NCBI RefSeq assembly: GCF_009914755.1
Contig: NC_060935.1
Length of the DNA: 64,000 bases
Reading direction: 5' to 3' (one strand)
Origin: the human T2T-CHM13v2.0 reference genome, Homo sapiens
Positions 1-12,110 of this stretch are shown here, in pieces (within the stretch, counting starts at the first letter, position 1; every line of letters begins with the position of its first letter). The notes below the pieces were generated by a model. It worked only from the letters and a program-made list of their open reading frames with translations, was not told the origin of the DNA and made no database searches. The position numbers and the translations under genes are program-made.

Positions 1-425
1 TAAGCCAATATCCCATGTTTTAGGCATTTTTATTATGGAAGCACCCACTTCTGGCATCAATATCTATATTATTCTGGGGAGACTAACTCCGGTAGCTAAG
101 AATCCCATCATTCAATGGCTTAACACTATAGAGTCTTGTGGTCATTCATATTGTGATCCCACACGTGTGGGAAGGTCACAGCTCCCACACAGATGTCTTC
201 TGTCTGGCTGATTCTCCATCACCAGCGCTCAGCAGCCTCCCCTGGGTCTTGTGCATCCTGCCAGTGTGGAGGATCACATGGTCAGTGCCTGGAAGTAGCA
301 CGCCTTACCTCAACCCACATTTCACTGGCCGCAACTCAGTCCTGTGGCCCCACACAACTATAAGGAAGGCTTATGTCAGCTGTGCCCCTGGGAAGAAGAA
401 ATGAGTTTATGAGCATCTAGCCATC
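1..425 (-). mobile_element. Old MaLR (MLT1-type) internal/LTR fragment
   Basis: Resembles an MLT1 internal/LTR junction (gcacccacttctggcatcaa) followed by an LTR body; highly degenerate. Confidence 0.4.
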
Positions 426-590
426 ACACTTCCACACTGCCCAAAGCAAGGCTGAAAGTCCAGTCACAGTAATATCACGCTATGTCTCTTCCCTAACTGT
501 CCCCGTCCCAGAGTCCCTGCTCTGTGGGAGCCAGGCCTTCCCAGCAGCTCATTCCTAGGGTCTTGCTCAGGCTTGTCTAGATACTACTAC

Positions 591-1048
591 AGTGGTATGC
601 AGAATAGTGTACCAGCAGAGACAGCCACGTGCAAACCCCCAGACTCTGTGCATAGGTCACCTAGCATGGCAAAAGGGACTTTGAAGCTGTAAGTAAGGTT
701 AAGCACTTTGAGTTATCCTGGGCTGTCCAGATGGGCTCTGTCTAATGACATGAGTCCTTAAAAGCAGAGAAACCCTTCCCGGCTGTGGTCACAAAGGAAG
801 ATGTGGTCAGAGAGATGCAAGGTTGCCAGCTTTGAAGACAGAAGAAGTGGGCCATGAGCTGAAGAACTCCAGAAGCTGGAAAGGGCAAGTGAATGCAGAA
901 AGTGAATCCAGAGTGGAACACAGCCCTGCTGACACCTTGACCTTAGCTCAGCTGGACTTCCAACCTACAAAACTGTCTGATGATAGGTTTGTGTTTTAAG
1001 ACCTCAGTTTGTGATCATTTGTCATGGCGGCAATAGAAAACTAATACA
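591..1048 (+). mobile_element. MLT1 (MaLR) solo LTR, MLT1D-like
   Basis: Contains catggcaaaagggactttg and cagccctgctgacaccttga; ends gcaatagaaaactaataca. Confidence 0.8.
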
Positions 1049-1859
1049 GCCAATGACTGCTCTTGGCGATAAATTCTGAGCCCCACACTTCAACAACAGA
1101 GAGCCCAGGGCCCCAGTAGGAATATACCTCATGTTCACAAACTAGCTTCTGCCAGACTGTGGCTGCCTTCTCCACACCCACGGCTCCACCCCTGTTCTCC
1201 TTACTCCCCTGCACCCAAAGCCCTGAGACTCAGGCCACCAGCCCTAAGGAGGCACTCTGGGCCACCCAGTCAGCACATGTTTGTCTCAGAGCCCTTCCCT
1301 GCTAAGCTTGGCCTCTGGCAGAGCAGCAAGACCGGAGGCCAGCCAGGGACAGCGTGTGCTCTGCCCAGAGGCCCTAAACCCAGAGTCGGCAGACCCAGCT
1401 GCACAAAGACAGAGGGATACACTGGTGTGTCCTACACGTGACCATGGGAGACACGGCTCTGGGCAGTGCTGGTCAAAATATGACAATGTGGCCACCATTC
1501 TCCCTACCACCCTCAACAACTCCCCTCAAGAAAGGGGTTGGAGATGATTCCCCCAGCAGATATGATGGGTGATAGCACAGCACGCCATACACCCTCCCTC
1601 ACACGCCCAGGAAAGATGGGCTCTGTACGAGAACTTGCAGTTTAAGCCAAAACAAATAAATAAATGACGTGTGGAATTTTAGGCATGAGGTGAAAGGAGG
1701 ATTATTTATCTTGGAGTCTTCCCAGAATGCCTTCAATAACCAATATGTTACCTGCCCATATGCAAGTGGAGTCTAGACCAGCCATGAAAATAGGCACAGT
1801 CCTTGGGGAAGGAGAGCCAGGCAGAAGGAAAGCAAGATAAGAACTGAAGACACAGGGAA

Positions 1860-2817
1860 AACTGCACAGTGGAGCTGGAGAACCAAAGCTAACCCTGTAG
1901 GTCAGAGACGGCTCAGGAACTGGGTAGTTCTCAGGCTAACGCAGGGGAAATGAAATCTGTGGGGTTAAACGTGTGCTCAAAAGTCTATGGGTGGGAAGAG
2001 AGCAGAGTGCAGCGGGAGGCGACATGGTGGATGAATCTGCACGGGGCAAGGCCCCTGTTTCACAGGACTCTGGTATGCAGTTAGGTTGCAGTTTCTGCCA
2101 CCAGAGTAGGCCAGGAGCCACACACACAGCGCATCCAGCAGCCTACCCACCCGGGAGCCTCCGCTGCTCCTTCTGGAGTCACAAGCTCTGGCAGCCCCCA
2201 CCTCTCCACTCCTGGTCCCTCCCAGATCCGTTCTCTTTGGAGGTTTTTCCCCAATTCCCAGGGCAACACCCCACCACCACCACCCACCGCCACCCAGCCA
2301 TTCCACTGGATGGGACAGATGGTGGCCTGGGACCACAGAAGCTTCCCAACTCTGTAAAGTCTTGGGATGTCCTCCCAACAGCCCTCCAAGTCTTGGAGCA
2401 ACCTCTCCAGATCTCTGGGGAATTCCTGACACAAGCCCATCGGGATTCCCTCTGATGAGCCATAAAAATTGATTAGCATAATTAGATCAGACATACTATG
2501 ATATCATTATGATCTCCTCTGCTGTCTCGCCCTTCATTAATAAAACACACACTCAAAATGCAACTGTCTAGTCCCATCTCTGCTGGCCCTGAAAGTGGTC
2601 CTGTTGGAAGAGATGGAGAGACAGTAGGACTAGCTAGTGACTTCACCCTATCAGCATTCCCATTCCCTCATCCCTCCTCTTGCTGCACCTGTCTGCTCCA
2701 GCCTTGCTGGATGAGGGAGGAGCAGGCCTGCTGGGCACCAGGTCCCTGCAGGAGGAGAACTGCACAGTGAACCTGGAGAACCAAAGCTAACCCTGAGGAT
2801 CAGAGACGGCTCAGGAA
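1860..2817 (+). repeat. Pair of 60-bp direct repeats (1860-1919 and 2758-2817)
   Basis: aactgcacagtg...ctggagaaccaaagctaaccctg...tcagagacggctcaggaa occurs twice, 55/60 identical. Confidence 0.9.
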
Positions 2818-3464
2818 AAGACTTTCCCAAGGCCAAAGGTGCATCCAGCCTAGACGGCGTCAGAAGCCGAGTGGGTGTGGCAAGCTTGGCAGCACACGCA
2901 ATCTAGAGACGGCAGCAACCGCAACGGTGAAGGAATATTCTGGGCTGACCCATAGACGGCGGTATCAGGGGAAGTGAGAACTGAAAGTGCCTTACACATC
3001 ACTGGGGTCCCTCCATTTAACCAAAAATTATCAACAGGCCTTTGTTCCTCAAAGCCCCTTTTGGCTTCATCTCTATTCCAACTGTTCAATGGCCCAAATT
3101 TTGGAACTCTCTTCAAACATTCTACTGAGAAAGAAATCTCGTTATTTCATGAATAAACAGGCCGAGGCCACAAGACTCACAGGTGGGGTCGACAGAACCT
3201 GCTGCCAGGAGTCCAGTGTCCTCTCAGCTGCACACGCGCGTGACTGTCCAAGGAAACTGGTAGGAAAGAAGTGGAATAAAATGGATTGTTTTACAGCAAA
3301 AACCATCCTGTGCTTTCTTACCTACAGAGGTACCATTTCATGACCTCTGAGATGAGGGGTCAAGTTCAAAATATATCAACAGTGAAAAGACACAAGAAAA
3401 AGCAGAGAGGTTTTCTTTTGTGAGAATTGGTGTTATTAACAACGGCTCTAACAAGTAGAAGCAA

Positions 3465-3700
3465 CGTTTACTGAGCACTTCCAGCATGCCCAGCCCCTGC
3501 CAAGTGTTCCTTCATGCGTGCTACTTGTTAATCCTCACAACAGCCCTGGGAGAGATGTACTGTTATTGCCCCATTTTCCAAGGAGGAAACTAAAGAACAG
3601 AAAGATAAACTGCCTTTCCCAGGCTGCCTAGTTGGTAGAGCATCGGGCTGGGACTCCAACAAGCCCTGGGGCCGCTAAGCCCATCTGTTTCACTGCAGCT
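3465..3700 (-). mobile_element. MIR SINE
   Basis: MIR core: tttactgagcact...taatcctcacaacagccctgggaga...tattgccccatttt...gaggaaact. Confidence 0.75.
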
Positions 3701-4422
3701 CCAAAAGCCCAGGTGCTTGCCTTTAGCCTCAGTCTTGCAGGGAAGATCCAGACACCTCCAATCTAGTCTCCAGACAGGGATCTGCTGAATGCACCCTGAG
3801 TTTCCTGCATGGCATGGCCCTAGGCACTGAACACTTCAGCAAACAGAGCAGGCAAACTCTCTGCTGTCTTTGTGAAGCCCAGCAGTGCTGAGAGACAGAC
3901 GATGAACTCAAAACTTAGAAAATCGCACACTCTGTTGGAAGGTGGTGAGGATGAATGCTATGGGGGCAAGGGAAAGGGGAGACGAGAAATGCAGAGCAGT
4001 CTAATTTTAAATAGAGTGTTCAGGGAAGGCTCGCCTAGAAGCTGACATCAGAACAAAGGCTTGAAAAGGTTAGGGAGTGTGCACAGGGTGTAGAGCTTGT
4101 TCCCGGAAAAGTTCTCTCCTCCCAGGCCTGGAAGATCCATCCTCATTTCACAGAATCCCCACATGAGAAAAGAGATACAAGCTACGTGATAGTGCCTGGC
4201 ACATAGTAGGTATTCACCACATGCCCCTTTCCTTTCCTTCTAAGGGGGATGGGTTTTCCTTCTAGGAAGAATATTTGAAGCCAGTTCAGAAATGTAGGCA
4301 CTGAAGAGCTGGAAGAGAGATAAAAGGGGCTTTGAGAACAAAGACCCATTGATAATTCTCAGTTAAGCAGAGGGACTCAGCCCCGTAACAAAGATCAAAT
4401 TAAAGACACTTCCTTCTCTTCC

Positions 4423-4888
4423 ATGACGGGATGAATGGTGTCCCCTAAGTAATCATATGCTAAAGTTCTCATCCCCAATAACCCGGAATGGGACCTTATT
4501 TGGAAATAGGGTCATCACAGATGTAGTTGTAAAGAGGTGGTCACACTGGAGCGGAATGGCCCCTATCCAATATGACTGGAGTCCTTATAAAAAGGAGAGA
4601 TTTGGACAAAGAGGCAGACACACGAGGAGAATGTGGCATGAAGATGAACGAAGAGGCTGAGGTGACATAGAGAAGCCAAGGAACACCAAAGATGGCCAGC
4701 AAACCTCCAGAAGCTAGGAGACAGGCATGGAGCAGCGTCTCCCTCCAGGACCTTGGCCCTGGGCACGAGCACCCCTGCTGGCACCTGGATCTTAGGCTTC
4801 CAGTCTCCAGAACTGAGAGACGGTTCATTTCTTTTGTTTAAGCCACTCAGTTTGTGGTACTTTGTTATGGCAGCCTAGCAAACTCATA
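4423..4888 (+). mobile_element. MLT1C-like solo LTR
   Basis: Contains ccttatttggaaatagggtc and agaagccaaggaacaccaaagatggccagc; ends ttgttatggcagcctagcaaactcata. Confidence 0.85.
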
Positions 4889-5984
4889 ACTTCCAAGCCT
4901 ATTGTTTCTGATGTCTCATTAAACTGCGAGGGAGGACGGCTCCGGGCGGAAAAGAATTTAAGTACGCTTGAGGATGAGATCTTGGAAAGAACTTTAGCTG
5001 CTGATACTAGTATTTGGAACTGACTGGAAGCAAATAGTTGAGAAACCTACCAAGTTTATGAGGGAATTGAATACCAAAGAAACTGTTTGCTGGCCTAAAA
5101 GAGCCTGTGAGTAAAAAGTGCCCATTAGTCGGAAGCAGACATATGCCCAGATGCCCTCCTTGGTGTCCAATGTGACCACGGAGGGGGTGGATAAGGAAGT
5201 GCCTCCTAGAGGGTACACAGGGGCTCTGAAGGACGATGGACAAGGACATCTCTCACAGCGAGCAGAGGCAGGTCTCACCATGCAGCAGCCCCACTGCCAG
5301 GGTGGAGCTCCTCACATTGCCCGCCAGCAAAACTCCATCGCATCCATGGATGTGGTGTATCACCCACGGACACTGGCCAGCTTTCTCATCCTTGCATCCC
5401 AGTTCTATCTTGAGGGCAGATAAATTGCCTTGCTAGCTTGGAGCTCGCCAGACCTTGAGAAGCTACACGAAACTTGAGGGAAAAGACTGCCCCCTTGAGG
5501 CCAGGGTGTGCGAGCATGTTCCGCACAGGACAGAGAGCAACACAGATATTTGACCACCTGGAGGGTGGCCAGCGGTAGAGTTTCCCAGCTGTGCCCCAGC
5601 ACCCAGCTTTCTGTTTTGCTCCTTTCTGGGCACACAGCAAGACTGTCCTCCCTTGTAGTGAAGCATGGCCTCTCAGGACAGCGCTCGCCCATGGAGCGTG
5701 AGTCACAGTGATGGGTGCCTCTTCCAGATCAAGCCTTCTAAGAGGTGTCTGCAGCCCCTCAGCTCTCTTTCTCCTCCCACCATCTAGAGAAATAGGCAGC
5801 AAGGCCCTAGGAACTCACGGGACCATGCGATGAACACTCCTAAGCGCCTGAGGCATCGTGAGATGGAACCCCATCTGCTGATCAGAAATGCCACATCCAA
5901 CTGTTACACGGGCAAGAAAGAAATGTCCATGCTACTGAGTCACCAAAATTTCAGAGCAGACAGTGTTACCTTACCTAACAGAGG

Positions 5985-6293
5985 CGGTCCTCCGAATCTG
6001 CAGGTTTCATATCTGCAGATTCAATCAACTGTGAATCAAAAATGTTTTTAAAAAGTAACAATATAACGATAAAGGTAATTCAAATCCTAAAATACAGCAT
6101 AATTATTTCCATAGCATTTGCTTTGTATTGAGTATTATAAGTAATCTAGAGATGATTTAAAGTATATAGGTGGACGTGCATAGGTAATCTGCAGATACTA
6201 TCACATTTTATATCACAGACTTGAGCATCTGTGGATTTTGGTATCCAAGGGGGATCCTGGAACAAATCCTCCTCAGATACCGAGGGACAACTG
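5985..6293 (-). mobile_element. MER2 (Tigger family) DNA transposon
   Basis: Ends in gataccgagggacaactg; internal ttataagtaatctagagatgatttaaagtata matches MER2. Confidence 0.8.
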
Positions 6294-7539
6294 GATATGC
6301 AGTGACTCAAAGTTGGGGATAGCAAGAACTCCTCTGTCAAGGGGCATCATGGTGTCACAAGATAAGCCCTGGATCAGGATTCAGTTCTAGAATCAGCCCT
6401 GCCATTAACCAGCCTATGTCCAGAACAGGTCAGGGGACTTCCCTGAAGAAGGGAGGTCCAATCCAGAAGTGTGGTTTTCAAGCTTTCCCCTCCTCAGGGG
6501 TGCAGCAGTGGTGTGGGCCCAGGGCTAAGCAGACAGGCCTCCAGACAATGCCTCCCAATGGCCAGAATTGCCTGCCCCTGATTGTGAGGCATCTGTGGGC
6601 TACCCAGTGAGATTTTTATCTGAGGAAATGAGAGCGTGATGGTGTGCTGATGGGAAGGACACCAGAAGCCCCTGTGCCAAGGGCATCTCTGAGGACCTTG
6701 TGTCTGCCTTGTGCAATCAAAAATTTCACCCTCTCTTGTTCCCACTTACCCCAGGGTCCCCAGTGGGTCGTGTCACAGAGTCAGAATGCAAACCTGGCTC
6801 CCTGAAAATCGGATCTGAGCGTGCACTCAACCTGTCCTCCCAGCCCTGCCAATGAGGGTCACTGGCACTTCTCAGAGAGAGGGGAAAGATAAAAGGCACT
6901 CACAAAGCAGAGGCCCCAGGGTGGGCCGGACATCCTCCCTCCACCAAGTGCATGGCTGTACTGAATCCCCTGACCCTGCACCACAAGCAGCGTGTTCCCT
7001 CTGATGCACATGACAAAGCCGAGGCTCAGAGTGATGTATGACCTGCCCAAGGTCACACTGCTAGGCAGCACAGCCAGAAGGGCAACCCGTATCTGGCCAA
7101 CTCCAAAGCCCTTCATGCCAAACCAATGCCACGTACACATGCCCTCCATCTGGTCAGTGGAAGGGCCTGGTGCTGAGTTTTCTCTCTGCCCCTTCACATG
7201 CCCTCACTGCACTGTCCTTGACCACCAGGATGGAAAGGAGCCCCCTCCTCCACAACCACCAGGAGCTGCTCTGGAAGGTGGTGCCTATGGCTGGGCACAG
7301 GGATGGTCCCGGGGTCCAGGGGAGGTCGTTCCTTGCTGCCCTGGAAGCGGTGGATGAAGCACGCAGACCCATCTGCCCTCTAAGGAGTGCTCAGCACTTT
7401 TCACATGTAAATATCTCAAATATTCACTATGCTTTAAAGTAAATGTGCATATTTTTATTTCTTGGTATGAAGCCATTTCAAACATTACCCAGGGAATCTG
7501 GGTTAACCACCCTCTCTGCTGTTTGCCTATTTGTGTTTC

Positions 7540-7595
7540 ATTCCTTCCTTCCTTCCCTCCCTCCCTCTTCCTTCCTTCTTTCCCTCCTTCCTTCA
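7540..7595 (+). repeat. (CCTT)n/(CCCT)n microsatellite
   Basis: ttccttccttccttccctccctccctc... Confidence 0.8.
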
Positions 7596-10589
7596 TATTT
7601 TATTTAAATTTTTTGTCACCCTATATCTCCTCTGATATCAGTGTGTTTCAGTGCTCAGACTAGGTAAGCTAATTATAATTGCAAATATCCTGGATAAAGA
7701 ACATAAAAAATCATTTTAAAGTCAAATAATTATTTTATTGTCTTCTCTTCTATATTGCCCATTAGTAATTACAAATCAAGATTTAGTTGAGAACAGGAAT
7801 GCCCAATCCTAACGAGGAGGATCACAGTTTACGGAACACAGTCATGTGCACAGATTGTTTTCAAGGGTCACCTCTGTGGAACAGGCCTCAGGGCAGCTGT
7901 CATTATCCCCATTTAACCAGTGAGGAACCTGAGTCTCCAAAACTATTAAGTAAATGTCTTGAAGGGATACAAAGTAGCTTCAAAACAAATAAAGTTTGCT
8001 GAAGACCCCTTTGCCCACAGCTCTGTGGCCAGGCCCCACGGCTGGTGAGGGGTAAGGGCCCGCCCCCCCCCCGGGCACAGGAGCCAGCCCTCCTTCCTGA
8101 GTCCTTCCTGCATCCTCCAGGTCTCCTCTTAACCCTGGGCTCTCCTCTCACATTTAGTTGACAGAAGGTGAAATTAGAGGTTGTTTTTCATAACGTTAAC
8201 AAAGACCAACTCTTCCCAAACACCAAAAAGATGGGAGAACTGTAATACCGAAATTTTTTTTCTTAAAACTCTTCCGACAAAGTATTCCAAGGGTGGCATT
8301 GTCATCTTGAAAGGGCATTTAATGTGTCTCCGTATTCTCGGGCCCCTCACCCTTGGCCTCTAGATGGAGACACCCCGCACCCCGCTCCCACCTCCCCTGC
8401 TCTCCACACCACTCGCCCACAGGCAGGTCCAGCCCAAAGTCTGGAGGAAGAGCAAAAAAGTTTTAGCATCAGAATCCTCCAACACATGACTTATTTAGTG
8501 GCACTGAGTAACATGCGGGTGTATTTCAGTGTTTGGGGGCAAAGATTGAACTTAGAAGTGGGCTTGTCTTAGAATATTAATGTCAGAGGTGGAGATGGAA
8601 GGGATGAGGCAGAGAAAGCCAGAGAGGGAAAGAGAGCTGTCTCCTTCTGTCAGGCGCGAGCTCTGGAGCAATAGAGATATACTGGGAGTTCAATTTCTGT
8701 TTGCCTGAGCCAGGGAGAAAATCTAATTAAATATGGTGTCTGAGTTTGGAGAAGCCAGGATGGGGCTGGAATATAAAGTGTGGCAGCTACCCATAGATCA
8801 GAGGGCAATATTAATAAACCCACAGAAAGGGACAGCAGGATCCGCTGGTGGTATTGATAAAATGCAACGCAAAGACAAAGCAGGCTGGGGAATATTGCAT
8901 GATAACGCCGATAAAAGCGCACCAGGGATGCCACCCCCACCGCGGTGGACCTGGGACTGCTGTTCCAGGAAGCTGGTGCATGGCGGCCGCTCCCCTTCCC
9001 TATTCCTCTTTCTCCTCCTCTTCACCCTGACTCTGGTCTCACCTCTGTTTCCCACAAACATGCGAACTCAGCATCAATGAGTTTTCCGAGAACTACTGAA
9101 GCCAGGATAGGAGATGAAGAATTAACAAGAGGGATAAATGAGTCTCCATTTCAGCAGAGAATGTTTGGAGAAGGAAGAAATCATAAAGGCTGCAGAACTC
9201 CTTTCTTTGCAAACTTCCAGAAAGAGCTGGTCGCATATCCGGCTCAAATAGAGGAGGGTCTTGCATGGAGGCTGAAATGTCTTTTGAAAGACATTTCCAC
9301 AGAGGTCACTTGAAGGCAGCCCTCAGCCTCCATGGAAGACTCTTCTCTATTTCAGCCTGATATGCAACCAGCCCTTTCTGGAAGTTTGCAAAGTGCTAGA
9401 CACTCGCAGAATTCCCCAGCCCTCTGACACTCCAGACCCAAAGGAGGAGCCTTGGGGACGTGCAGTTTTCAAAGAACCCTCAGAACTCCTTGAAGGTGTT
9501 GGAGCACAGTTCCAGGGTGAAATCCCTTGGAACCAGCTGGCTCTTTGTCATAGATCTTCTGCCTTCTCAAGAGCTGTTCTCGAAGGGGTTGGAGATGGGG
9601 GGCTTTTCCTCATGGGCAGAAGCACCACCACTGCAGCCCTCCCCACCATGCACCCCAATCTTTCTCAGGGCCCCCATGCAGTTGCAGTGAGGCTCTCAGA
9701 TCTTAGCTGAGTTAATGTCATTCTTTTGTCATCTGTACTTAATTGCCATCAGCTGGTATGTTATGATTTCGCCTGATTTTCCTAAGCTTTCTGTGTTATA
9801 GCTAGCATCTGCCTAGAGTATTTTCAGCAATTTTTATTGTGTATTAATCTGTGCAGTCTATAATGCTGCATTATTTCCAGGGACTGTATGTGTGACCATA
9901 ATAATAGTGGCTCTCGAGAAGTCCATTTCTGCTCAGATCTGATTCAGGTTTGAATCTATACCTTGACCTCCACATATCCTACCTCCACAGATAGTAGCAT
10001 CCTCTTCTTTGGAAGTGAATTTGTATCAGAATGTTTCTGTTGAAGGCCAGCACTCGCTGGCTGTGTATATTCATCCCTCTAGTCTCTGAGCCTCCATTTC
10101 CTGGTCTGTTGAATGGGAATAATAAAAATTTCAACCACTCTGGATGGGCTGTGAGGATCAAGTGAGGTAATCAATGGGGAGAGTGTTCTTCAGGTTCTGA
10201 GAATGTTGTCTGATGCTTGCCTGAAGAAATGGAAATCCATTCCACAATCAAGAGAGGCCTAATTATTGTGATAGCAGCTTGCATTGGTACTGTGCACCCT
10301 AACTTCAAGTGGCCCTTATCAAACATGTCGTTTGTCCTTGACAATATCTGATGAGGTCTAGAGGCACCGTTTCATTTTACAGATAGGAAAACTGGATTAC
10401 AGAGCCCAGTAAGAGATCTTTTCAGATGCAAAGATGATCCTAGCCACTGCTTTAAACTTCCACCTTGGGAAAAGGGCAACCTGGAATCCTAATCAGAGCC
10501 CACAGCCAGCATCTCCCGGCCAGACTCCTCCACAGCTCCTCCTGGGCAATCAGCCCTCACTCTCCACACAGCTGTGTTGCCTTGTCCTA

Positions 10590-11050
10590 GGGGCTTAACA
10601 TCACTCAAGTCGCACTGCATCCCATCCCCTCTATTCCCTTGCTCCCTCTGCTGCAGCCACAAGGGTTGATTCTTTCACAGACCAGGCCCACCTGTGCCTC
10701 AGGACTTAGCACATACTGTTCCCTCTGCCTGGAACCCCCTTCCCCAGATACCTACAGCTCACTTCCTCACCTCATAGGGGCCTGTCCCCAAATGTCACCT
10801 CCTCAGCAAGGCCATCAGTGACCACGTTCCATAAAAAAGCAACTGCCAGCCATCCTCTCCACGCTCTGCTTTACCATTCTCCAAAGCATAGAGTACCACG
10901 GCTTTCTATCTATTAGATCAGCTCTCTCTAAATGTGGTGCCCCTCCCTCCACTAGAACCTGAGAGCAGGGACGTTCTCCTACTCACCACTACAACTTCAG
11001 AGCTTATAAGAGTGCATATATGTTCCTTGGCTTATTCAATAGTTCATTAT
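10590..11050 (+). mobile_element. L2 LINE 3' fragment
   Basis: L2-typical segments: cctcaggacttagcacatactgttccctctgcctggaa, aaatgtcacctcctcagcaaggcc, ccactagaa...gagcagggac. Confidence 0.7.
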
Positions 11051-11519
11051 ATAATTTTTTTTCAATGAGTTTTAGAGAGATTAAGTCACGCATCCTTGAC
11101 TTGATTACACATTTAGGAAGTAACAGAGCTGGGACCTCAAGTTCAATGTTTTCTACCATATGAAAATCTAAACTCTGAATAAATACAACTCAGGGTGACC
11201 ATGATGTAGAGAAGACTCCCATGGTCAAATACATCCTGCAATGACTGAGGAAGCCATTTCCCCTACAGACACTCACTTGTGTCCCAGAACACTTCGGGGC
11301 AACTTGAGGTGGGAGAATCAGAGGAAGCCAGACCTGCCAAACTCAAGGGACCATGACCAAGTGACCCACATGTGCCAGGTCCCTCAGGAGCAGCTGGTGG
11401 GCAGGCTCTTGTTTGAAGGAATTCTTATCCCTCTTTGCCAAGCACAGCTGTATGAGTGGCAGATTTGCCCGTTCCTGCTCTTTTTGTACCCAGATCATGA
11501 AGGGCTTATTCTTAGCAAC

Positions 11520-12110
11520 GGAGCAAGCCCACTGATGGGGATCATGATGCTGAGGGTGAGACCTGTGGATGGCAGAGAGAGCAAGAGAGAGGGAGAGGGA
11601 GAGAAAGAGAGGGAGAGAGGGAGAGAGAGAGAGAGATGGAGAGAGAGACAGAGATGGAGAGATGGCATCAAAAGAGACTGAGACATGAGAGAGAGAGAGA
11701 GACAGAGAGTACCACACGGGGAAGGAGATCTTGCAAAGCTACTCTTGCTGGTCTTCCTCTTGGTTTTCATGCCCCCTGGAAAGGCCTTTGTGTTCAGTCC
11801 TAAGCATACACCACAACTCCAAAAGCTCCATCCTGAGGCTATTGATTACTACAGGAACGGTCACCACAGTGATCTTTCAAGAGATACTTTCTATGGCCAG
11901 GGTTCACTCAGAGGACCTGTCTCACAGCCATGACAGAATTCCATCCAGGGAACGACACACACTGTTTGCGACTGGAGCAAGCCCACTCATGGGGATTATG
12001 ATGCTGAGGGTGAGACCTGTGGATGGCAGACAGGTAGAGAGAGAAATAGATGGAGAGATAGCATCAAGAGAGACAGAAACAGAGAGAGACATGAAAGACA
12101 GAGAGAGGGA
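11520..12110 (+). repeat. Local duplication of a 57-bp unique head plus GA-rich microsatellite (copies start at 11520 and 11974)
   Basis: ggagcaagcccact(g/c)atgggga(tc/tt)atgatgctgagggtgagacctgtggatggcaga occurs twice; each copy is followed by (GA)n containing gatggagagat(g/a)gcatcaa. Confidence 0.9.
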
